The notes under the pieces: model-generated
Seen by the model: the letters and a program-made list of their open reading frames with translations, nothing else
The model's database searches: none
Told to the model about the DNA's origin: nothing
NCBI RefSeq assembly: GCF_006345805.1
Contig: NC_042997.1
Span: forward strand, 56,172,001 to 56,236,000
Source of the DNA: Octopus sinensis
Taxonomy: Eukaryota
Reading direction: 5' to 3'
DNA length: 64,000 nt
Program-made: the position numbers and the translations under genes
Shown: positions 11,175-21,838 of the stretch, piece by piece
Layout of the letters: each line of letters begins with the position of its first letter
Position numbering within the stretch: the first letter of the stretch is position 1

Positions 11175-12330
11175 TGTGTTGAATAAAAAGTTTTGCAATT
11201 TTTTGATAATTTATTTGCTTTATTCATCAAGTTGCAACAAAAGCAGCCTGTCATTCAAAATAGAGGCCATCATGTTGTACTGTCTAAAGTCACCTTTCTG
11301 TCAGCTGTTTGATCCCATGCTGATAGCAGTTCTCGTTCTTCAAGGTGAAGAACTTCTTCACTGAAGTTTCCACCTCCACTTAGTCAATGAAGCATCTTGA
11401 ATAAAGGAAAAATACCATGGATCAGAACAAGTAATAATCTGAGGGAGCTGGGTTCGAATTATATTCTGGGTTTGGCATTATTTTATTCCCTCAAGTTCCT
11501 GGAGTTTATTCCCAGTCATTCGAATGGTATGAGATCTTGCATTGTCTTGCTATAGAAGAGCTCACTTTTTGTTAACTAATACCAGGTATTTTTGCAGCAC
11601 AATAGCATAAATCTGCTCCAGCTGTTCAGAGTATAAGTTTGCATCAACGAGTCAATTATCCAGAATAGACTCAAAGAGAATTATCCCCTCCTGATTCCAC
11701 CAGACGCAAAGCAATGCCTTGCATTCAAAATGCGCTTGTTTGGCAACAGGTTCTGGAAGCTGGCCTTTGCTTAACCATCACATATGCATGTAGGATTGCA
11801 GAAAAAATATCTCCCTCCGAGTATTATTTGTTTTGATCCATGCCTCACTTTCTGCACTCATGATGATTCAATAACCAAGAAGTGGAAGCCTTAGTAAACA
11901 AGTTCTTCACCTCAAAGAACAAGAACCGGTATTAGGTATTAACGGCAAGCTGGCAGAAACGTTAGTGCGCCGGGCGAAATGCTTTGCGGTATTTCGTCTG
12001 CCGTTACGTTGTGACTTCAAATTCCGCCGAGGTCGACTTTGCCTTTCATCCTTTCGGGATCGATAAATTAAGTACCAGTTACACACTGTGGTCGATGTAA
12101 TCGACTTAATACCTATGTCTGTCCTTGTTTGTCCCCTCTACCTTTAGCCCCTTGTGGGTAATAAAGAAATAGGTATTAGGTATTAGCATGGGATCAAAGA
12201 ACTGGCAGAAAGGTGGCTTCAGATGATGGAAAACGAAGGCTTTTGCCTTGAACATTTGGCTGCTTTTGCTGTAACTTGGCAAATAAAGCTAGTAAGTTAC
12301 CAAAATATTGTAAAACTTTCGAGTAAGCTT
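11175..12330. mobile_element. Decayed mariner derivative with two outward-facing 3' ends
   Basis: Minus strand 11810 to 11175 translates to LLCVWWNQEGI...QDNARSH...PAPSDYYLF...KKFFT and runs out to the TIR. Plus strand 11811-12330 repeats the SDYYLF...NKFFTSKNK...HGIKELAERW C-terminus and the 3' UTR. Confidence 0.8.
11942..12171 (+). mobile_element. SINE family B, young CpG-rich copy inserted into the mariner remnant
   Basis: tRNA-like head and GTCGACTTTGCCTTTCATCCTTTCGGGATCGATAAATTAAGTACC core. Flanked by the direct repeat GGTATTAGGTATTA (11928-11941 and 12172-12185). The mariner reading continues across it. Confidence 0.88.
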
Positions 12331-12559
12331 GTTTAAATTTTAAAATATGCAGTTTAAGAACAATAGTTCTATTGTTAACTTGATTAGACAAAACATTATA
12401 AAATTCTGTGCTCATTCAATACAATATCAACTGTATGAACTTGTAGAATCATTACAGTTAATGTACTTCTTGATGTGTTTGGTATTAGCAGCACTATTTC
12501 TGTCAATACAGCTCACATATAGACACACACCCACATACATGCTCTCTCTTCCGCCCACC

Positions 12560-12592
<33 letters not shown>

Positions 12593-15049
12593 ACATACAC
12601 ACATACAACAGATTATTAATGACTGTAAAGTGTAGTTGTACAACATATTCATGATGCAGAGAATTTTTAATACAATAATTAGATGACTGAAAATGATAAT
12701 GATGATGATGATGGTAGTGAATGATGATGATGACGATGATGATGATAACAACAACAACGACTCTTACTTTTCCTCTCTTTGGCACTTTCATTTAGTTTGA
12801 AACAGATACATAAAAATTAGACTATAATAAGCAGAGTAATACATCAACAGAGTGCCAGAGTGCTTTTGAAACAACTTAGTAGATTTGCATACTCTTGAGG
12901 ATTCCATGGTGCTGCAGTCTGTTGGGCTGTGACTCAGACACCTTAACTACTACATTGGGATTTTGTTTCGATTAGGGCCAAGTCTACCAAGCATGGACCA
13001 ATGGTTAATGCGTCTATTGGCACATTCACTATATTTAGCATTGTTGAAAGCATCAACATATTGGTAATTGCTGATCAAAGTCTGTCTAAACACTTTATTG
13101 TTCCGAAATAAAAACAACAAAAGCAAAGCCAAAAACAAAAGGTCCCTATTTAATAAAGGAGCCAGGTTTCATAATAAATATGACCACCAATCTCTTTTGC
13201 TTGATTATTTCTGCACTTTCCATTCAAAGCCCATTGTGTACAACACCAACACTACTGAACTGCGTGTCAAGGGAATACTTTTATACCTCCATCCTTCTCT
13301 TAGTTATGGGTATGCTGTATTAACAACTCTATTTTCATTAGTCTTTTTCTTTCTTTCTTCCTTTCTTTCTTTTCTTTATCAATCAACAAAATCATTCCAT
13401 GTGTGAGTGTGTGGTGAAGGTTTTATATCGGAGTGAATATATGAATATGTTTGTGCATATATGAGGGAAAAGAGAGCAAGGAGGAGGGTTGTGTGTGTGT
13501 GTGTGTGTGTAATATGTAGAAGCTAATAAGTAGGTTAGTGTGTATCAATAGATGTGTATGGTGTATGTGGGTATAATGATAAACATACTGTGGGGGGAGT
13601 AGAATATAATTATATATGTGTGTGAATGTATTTGACTATAGTAGGACGTTTGTAGAAAGATAATGTATTTGTGTATGTCTGTGTGCATGTGACTGGTTAC
13701 TCCTATATATGTCTTTATTTGTGTGTGTATGAATGTGTATACATGACATGTTGTGAGATAGATGCTTGCAATGTAACAGACTGACAACAAACATTAAATG
13801 ACATCGGTCTGTTCATAGTTATGTTATGGTAACACAGATAAAGATGTTGGTATTGGTAAACTATGCCTAAATTGATACTAGCACAAGCCATAAAACAAGT
13901 TCACAGCCTATAGTTCCATGGTTCAAATCTCATCTTGATTGACTATGTTCTTCATACATCATTAAAGTGGAAAACAAATTGATTAAGAAGCAAAAAGGAA
14001 ATCAAACAAAACCTAGAAGCTAAATAACCATTGTTAATATCTTTAAGAAATGTTTTAGATCATTTATAAATCATATTTTGCTTTAAAAATGTTTTAAACT
14101 TTACTATTTGATAACTGTTTATTAGTTTCTTTATTCTTTTTTATTTGTTCAAGTCATTGTACTGTGGCCATGCTGGGGCATTACTTTTATGGAGGGTTTT
14201 AGGTGATTATATTGACCCTTGTACATATGGTACTATTTTATCAGTTCCCATTTATCAACTGGCTGGGTCATCCTTGTTGTAAATAACTTGCAGTAAATTT
14301 CACATGGTATTTGTCATATACATGGTGTGAAATTGCATACAGACAGGTACGAATATACAGGCATACATGAAGAACTTCTATGTATTTTTTCTCTATAAAA
14401 TTTCACTCACAAGAAACTGGTCAACCTGAGACTTAAGTAACAAATACATTTGTTGAAGTGCTTGTCGCTCAGTGGAATCAGACTTATAACCATATAGAAT
14501 GGGAGAGAACTTCTTAACTTCCCAGCCATATCTCTGTGCGTACGAGTGTGTAGTGTATATGTGAGTATGTATGTGTGTCATTATCATTGTTTGAATATCC
14601 ATTTTTCCATGCTTGTATCATCATCATCACCATATATACGTATGTGTGTTTGTGTGCATGTGGGTGTATATATATATACACACACACACACACACATACA
14701 TACACCTATGTCTGCATGTATAATTATATATGTGTATATATGTAAAATATGCACATGGTACACACACATCCAGTACTCAGAATTTCCCCGGCAGCAGCAG
14801 ATATATTTTGATCCAATCACCATTTCATTAGCTGTCATATATATCTATTATAGGGAAAAGCCTGGTGCCAGGAAACTCCATGTACTGGATGTGAGTGTTC
14901 CATACTTGTTATTGAGGTCTCTTTCTTTTGTTGTTACACATGTGGTTTGATAGTATATGTGTGTATATATGTATGTGCATATACATACACACACACGCAT
15001 GCATGCACACACATACACATATATATACACACACGTGTGAGCATATGTG

Positions 15050-15134
<85 letters not shown>

Positions 15135-15684
15135 TATATTTGTGTGTGTATATATATATATGTATGTATATATTTAAATATGTGAAGTATTATTACCATT
15201 ATAAACAGCAATAATGAGGTGGCTAGCAAGACTTCTACCACTTTGAACATAAAACTGGCAGAATATCTTGGCCAGGGGTCAAAGTAAGAATAAAATTATT
15301 AGAAGATTTTGTTGCATTGTAAAAGTGACTAACACAAGATTTTTTTCTAATGAAAAGATGAACATATACAAATACACATGTGTGAAACTAAATGCTGTTG
15401 CCATGCATGAAGTTTAATTGTATATGTAATAAAATCACTTAACCAGTGTTAACTATGTTCTCCTGTGTCAAGAGAAAGAGCTAGTTGTACAGCTGCACAT
15501 CCATTGTAATGTGTCCACTATTTTTGTGTTTCCAATGTCATAAACCATCTAAGTTTACACTTCTTACTCTATTTCTGTGATCAAGTTTGAACGAGCATAT
15601 ATGATATGTTATCAAAACTATTAATTTATTGGATGCAATTAAACTTTTAACTTTGTCTTTTAGAAAATATATTTCTACATCCAT

Positions 15685-15879
15685 AGGCACAGGGCTGGAC
15701 ATGTAGTGAAGAAGCTCACTTTGCACCCACATGGTTTCAGGTTCAATTCCTCTGTGCAGCACCTTGGGCAAGTGTCTTCTACTATAGCCCTGAGCCAAAC
15801 TATGCCTTGTGAGTGAATTTGGCAGACAGAATTTGTGTGGAAGCCCATATGTATATTTGTGTGCGTATATATATATATA

Positions 15880-15926
<47 letters not shown>

Positions 15927-16180
15927 TCGTTTTGTTTATCTACTGCCACCATTTAACAAACGGTGTTGGTTTGTTTATGTCTCCATAACTTAGCAATTCC
16001 GTAAATGAGACTGATTTAACAAATGGTGTTGGTTTCTTTATGTCTCCATAACTTAGCAATTCCATAAATGAGACTGATTGAATAACTACCAGACTTAAAA
16101 TTATAAGTACTGCTGTCGCTTTGTTCAACTAAACCTTTCAAAATGGTACCCCTGCATGGCCACAGTCCAATGTCTGAAAC
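15685..16180 (+). mobile_element. SINE A with an internal 63-bp tandem duplication
   Basis: Head, CORE-like segment, (TA)n and 3' half are all present. The unit ATTTAACAAA...GAGACTG starts at 15951 and again at 16014. Confidence 0.75.
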
Positions 16181-16548
16181 AGATAAAAAATTTTTTTAAT
16201 GTAGCTACTTTGTAAATTTTCTATGTGCTGCCTTTGATCTACTTGTCAGATGTTCCTGACTTTTGTGACTTGGTTTTAATGCTGTTTCATTTGGGGTTCA
16301 TTGAAATAATTGAACACTTTTAACTTTTGCAGTGTCCTTTTTTCATTTGCCACTTTATGTAATGTAACTGTAGCTAAAGGGATGATGGGAAATAAATAGA
16401 CATTGTTACTAGAAATGTGAATCTAAAGTTCTAGTATGTAATGACGTGGAAATGATAATATCATAAGTAAATGATTTCTTACATTCTGAAAGGCCACAGA
16501 TCAGTATTGAGGAGAGTGAGGGTATAGTTGATTGACTTTATTTTAGTA

Positions 16549-16724
16549 CAGGTGCAGATGTGACTGCACCTGTAAGAAATTTGCTTCCCTACTGTATGGT
16601 TCTGAGTTCAGTCCTACTGCATGGCACCTTGGGCAAGTGTCTTGTATTATAACCATGAGCCAACCAAACCCTTGTGAATAGATTTGGTAGACAGAAACTG
16701 AAAGAAGCCCATTGTGTATATGTT

Positions 16725-16792
<68 letters not shown>

Positions 16793-17460
16793 ATATATCA
16801 TCATTGTTTAACATCCATCTTCCATGCATACATGGGTAGGACAGTTGACAGGAGCCAGCCAGGTAGAAAAACTGCTCTAGGCTACTGTGTCTGTTCTGGC
16901 AGATATATATATATATACAGATCATATCTTTCTTTTGCTGGGCTCAAATCTCATTTGCAAACCCATGGGAAACGAACCTCCACCAACTATTTTGCTTATA
17001 TGTCTGTGCACACCTTTGAATGCAATGTATGCCAGAAGGTTTGCAAATCCAACGGAGGCCTCAGAAGACATTTTAAGACCCACAAAAATCAGAACTTATC
17101 TGCAGATCTTAGTGGTCCAAACTGGATGTGCAATCTATGTAGGTATCTTTTCAGAACATTGTCTGGTTTAAAAAGCCACATCAGATGCCATGATGGTTCT
17201 AAAGTACAGGAGGTGGTCAAACTCTACATAAGGAGTAGACAACACCCATATATATATTCGCATGTGTGTCTGTTTGTCCTCCACCATTACTTGACAACCA
17301 ATGTCGCTGTGTTTACATCTCCATAACTTAGTGGTTCAGCCAAAGAGACCGATAGAATAAGTCCTAGGCTTGAAAAAGTAAGTACTGGGGTCAATTCATT
17401 TGAATAAAAAGCATTCGGAGTGTGTACCCCAGCATGGTCACAGTCTAATGACTGAAACAT
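16549..17460 (+). mobile_element. SINE A split by nested insertions in its central microsatellite
   Basis: 5' half at about 16549-16715 and 3' half at about 17262-17460. Between them lie (TG)(TA)n, a family C piece (about 16800-16865, minus) and a zinc-finger fragment. Confidence 0.75.
16883..17250 (+). pseudogene. Triple-C2H2 coding fragment, probably the 3' end of a non-LTR retrotransposon ORF2 (RTE-like)
   Basis: Open frame: C.C.GR(YIYIY)RSYLSFAGLKSHLQTH, CNVCQKVCKSNGGLRRHFKTH and CNLCRYLFRTLSGLKSHIRCH. Long non-TGEKP linkers and a repeated GL..H..H motif. Embedded in a SINE, with no ATG or promoter context. Confidence 0.65.
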
Positions 17461-20371
17461 AAATAAAAATATTTGACTTTCATTTCCATGTCAAACAACT
17501 ACAAAATTTCTAATCTGTCAACTTCACTCTATTACTTTCTATTACAAATATCCTCAATGTAATATCTCAAAAATTTAAACAGTTGTATTACAAAGAAATC
17601 CTTTTGTTTTATCTCACTCAAAACTCTTTTTCTTTACCTGCAATTGTTTATTGTTATCTCTAATTTATTTATTTCTATTGATATGTCGTTACTGAGTTAA
17701 GCTAATCAGGAGAGCAGTTAATTTCTATTGTCATCTTATAACCCAAGATTTTTCTAGTTATGATGTGTGCAGTTTGTAGTTGTAGAGAAAACATTGGTAA
17801 ACCAAGTATTCAAGTAAGACAATACAGTCCTGGAAAAGATGTATTGAGCAAGGTTGCTGAAAAGGAGAGAGGAGACAAGCATCAATTTTACATTGACTCA
17901 GAAAAGTCAAAAGAACAAATACTGATGCTTGTAAAGGTAAAATGGACAGAGAGCATAGATTAGAACTGCAACTGAAGGTCATCATATGTTGATGTAGAGT
18001 GCTTGCAGCTGAGAATGTATCTCTCAGGAAGATGTGTTTTTCTTGGATCTAGTCTGTATGTATGTGTATCAGTAAAATTAAGTAGATTTAACATAAAAAT
18101 GAAAAGGCAATGTGATAACAGCAATAATAATAGTTTCTTATATAAACATAAGTATAAGAATAAGAATTGCGATTAGTTTGTGACATGTATGCCATGTCAT
18201 TCCCAAGAGTACTAATAACGTAAGTGAAGTTATTCCAACTTGGTTGCAAATTCAGTTCAGCAAGAACTTACCATTTTACTATGCTGCCAGTCACAATCAT
18301 TAATAGCAGCAGCAGTAGTAGTAACAACAACATTTTACTCTTAACTAGTTCCTGTTCAGTTTTAAACATTTGTCCCTGTGTGTAAGTATATGTTTCTCAC
18401 ACTGCCATATTTTTCTGTCTATGCCATTAACAATGTTATTTAAGTTAACTGAAATGAAACCAATATGACTACTTTACTGTAAGAATGAACCTCATGCACA
18501 CAACTCACACATACATCATATCAACCTTCTAATAGAGTTGCTCTTCGCAAAAGGATCTGTAAAGCAACAGAAAAAAGCTTGTGTGTTTATATTAAATTTC
18601 TCTTGGGAGCAATTATTGCTGGTAATCTCACTTGGAATTTCCAATTAGAAATAGCCTATCTCCCACATGATAATTCTGATAAACAATTTTTTTATCCTTC
18701 TTGAGAGAGGGGGAGAGGGAGAGAAAGAGAGAGACAGAGAGGGAGAGAGTTGAAGCAGTCTCTCTAATTGTATAGATTTGTTTCACATTTTATCAAAAGT
18801 TTTTTCCAATAACAACTTTTTTGTTACTTTTTTTTTTTTAAATCATTTATATTCGTTATTTTTCACCAACAATTCTCCTGTGATGAAAATGACCATTTTT
18901 GTCAGCCTCTTTTATATCAGACTTAGCTCCCAATCTGATTTCTGGTTCCAGAATCAATCATTCATGACATTTTTGACCTTTTAGGAAACATAGTTATTGT
19001 TTGATGTTTGAATGTTCATCTTATATTTTCAGCTTTGTAACAGTTCAGTCATCTTTCCCCCACTCTAAACAATCTAATCTCATTTTTCTGTTTACTTAGT
19101 TTCAAAACAATCTTTAGATTATTCCAAAGAATAATATAAAAATATTATGTACATTTATTTATTTATTTATTCAACTGTTTGTTTTCTTTTATTTTTTTAT
19201 ATTTTTATTTATGCATTTATTTATTTATTCACTATTTTTCTGCTTGTGTGACAAATATTCAATCAAAAACCTGTCACTCCTTCTCACCATTTAGCTTACA
19301 GAAACAATCTCCAGACTTCCTCAAAGGCCTCTTTGCATTATGAAGCATGTTATGTAAATAAAATATGGTTATAAATCACGCAACACTCTTAACATGAAAC
19401 TACATCTGCTAAATGTTCCTCTAGTGTGTGTATGTGTGTTGCCCTACAGATTATATTTTTTTAATAGTCTAAACAGTTTCTTTTTAAGTCTTGCTCCTTC
19501 ATTAACTATGGTCTATTCTAAATGTGTTCATTATACTAAAAAAAATAATCTATTTTGGAATCTGAACATGTTTTCCCCAATTTAACATATCTTTCTATTG
19601 ATTCTCTCAGCTAAAACTCTAGTCAGATTTGAATCTAAAATAACTTGTCATATTATTTATCAATAATCCTTTTCTATTAGCTTTGTAGCCAGTTACTGAA
19701 AGAGGAAGCATATAATTCCAGTGGAAATATCACTTTCAATGGAATTATATTGTTTCAATTGAGATAAAATGACAGTGAGGTTGAAAGTATTGAGCTACTA
19801 ACTGCATTAATCACGTGTTCAATCCTCACTACAGCAGTTATATTATGTTCCAGAGTAAAGGGTATATCTTTGCCTCCCTGACTTCACCAACCAGTGACAT
19901 TTTCTAATCTATTTTACAATTATATAGTTTGTACATGGAAGGGTAACCACTTTAAAAAAAAAGCATATTCTTTCGATCAAAAGCCCCCTTAGCCATTAAT
20001 AAGATAGAAGAGCCGATGTAAAGTTGGGAAATAAATTAGCTCTATAAATGGGAAAGTGGTGGAGAGCAGAAATTATGTGCACTTTGGCATCATTTTTCAG
20101 TACCTTGTGACTGTTGATTGGCTTGGTCCTTCCCCCTTTGAAGACTGGTGAACAACGTTACAGTAATCAATGGAACTTGCCAATCTGCTATACAAGTAGC
20201 AGTCAAATTTCCTTCATATCACACTTTAGTGTTGTGAAATGGTCACAGCTGGAAAACTTTGTTCATATGTATCAGCTCATTCAGAGAAGGCCTGGCACTC
20301 AACAGCTACAGAGGTTGCATGAATACTAAACTTGTTCTTAATTTTTGTTTGTAATTCTATTTTCTCATTTT

Positions 20372-20673
20372 CGCCCTTTTCAAGCCTAGCCAGGCTCATG
20401 GGCCCGGTTTCCTGGTTTCTGTGGCGTATGTGTTCCTCCCACCTGGACGGGATGCCAGTCCATCGCAGCATTACTCAAGAAACAGGAAGAAAGAGTGAGA
20501 GAAAGTTGGAGCGAAAGGGTACAACAGAGGTCACCACCACCCCCTGCCAGAGTCTCATGGAGCTTTAGGTGTTTTCGCTCAATAAACACACACAACACCC
20601 GGTCTGGGAATTGAAACCACAATCCTCCGACTGCAAGTCCACTTCCCTAACCACTAGGCCATTGTGCCTCCAC
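20372..20673 (-). mobile_element. SINE family D with a 12-bp TSD
   Basis: Highly similar to 8566-8848. TSD TTGTAATTCTAT at 20349-20360 and 20674-20685, with a short A-rich tail between. Confidence 0.88.
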
Positions 20674-20816
20674 TTGTAATTCTATACTGTCGAAAAATAG
20701 TTTTTAATTTCTATTTAGAAACTTTAGATTCACCTAGCTTTTTACAAAGACAAGATGTGTACTAATGGGCAAGTAAAGATTTCAAATGGGTCAAAAATTT
20801 GCCAAGAGCTTTATCT

Positions 20817-21036
20817 ACTCTTTTATCTTTTACTTGTTTCAGTCATTAGACTGCAGCCTTGAAGATTTTTTAGTTGACTGTATCAGCCCCAGTACTTATT
20901 ATTTTTTTCAAGCCTGGTACTTATTCTATCAGTTTCTTTTGCTGAACCACTAAGTCATGGAGACATAAACACGCAACACCAGTTGTCAAGTGGTGGTGGT
21001 GGTGGGGATGAACACAAGCACAAAGACACACACACA

Positions 21037-21080
<44 letters not shown>

Positions 21081-21243
21081 CACGATGGGCTTCTTTCAGT
21101 TTCCTTCTTCCCAATCCACTAAGAAGGCTTTGGTCAGCCCGAGGCTATAGAAGACACTAGCCTAAGGTGCCACGCAGTGGGACTGAACCTGGAACCATGT
21201 GGTTGGGAAGCAAACTTCTTACCATACAGCCATGCTTGCACCT
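20817..21243 (-). mobile_element. SINE family A, near full length
   Basis: Tail, 3' half, central (CA)(TA)n, CORE-like segment and tRNA head are all recognisable. Confidence 0.8.
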
Positions 21244-21624
21244 CTGTAATTATCTGAATTAATAAAATCATCAAATCATAAATAGATAGACTGAATGTCA
21301 CGCTTCAAAAAGATCTTTCATAATTCGTCTTTGTTTTTACCCCAGCAATAGTTTTTAGTGTCTGGCAGTTGTTAACCTGTACAAGACCAGTAGCAAGTCT
21401 GCTTATAACTAAATTAGCCAAGGAGCCAAGTCTTTCCCAAACACTGAAATGAGGCTCTTCACTTATTAAGGCAAAAGATAACCAGTCAACTGATAAATCT
21501 ACCCCTGAATGCTATAATTGGCATTCATTCTTCTAGCACAGGGTTTGTAACACCAAATTGGACAATTTGAAAATGGAAGATATATTACAAATGAAAAGCA
21601 GCTGTAGTAATGTAAACATTATCA

Positions 21625-21838
21625 GTTGTGCATCCATTGTGTATGCATTTTGTTTATACACCAAATTTGCTGCAAGATAGCATCTGGGGAAAGCTCTGTA
21701 CACAACGCCAAATGTTATAGAATACCTGAATGTCACAGATCAGGTGAGTTGCGAGCGTCGTGTAGCAAGCTTTCCCCAGGCACTATCCCACAGCAAATTT
21801 GGCATATAGACAAAACACATACACTATGTATGTGCAGC
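21625..21838. mobile_element. Old MITE / foldback element with 71-bp or longer inverted arms
   Basis: 21625-21695 aligns without gaps to the reverse complement of 21768-21838 (16 mismatches by my count, mostly at former CpGs). A further ~13 bp of inner complementarity. Confidence 0.8.

Noticed and set aside
17760-17963. ORF starting MMCAVCSC, considered as the missing first-finger exon
   Set aside because: CxxC is present but there are no correctly spaced His/Cys ligands and no family similarity. It may be a very old RTE remnant, but this could not be supported.
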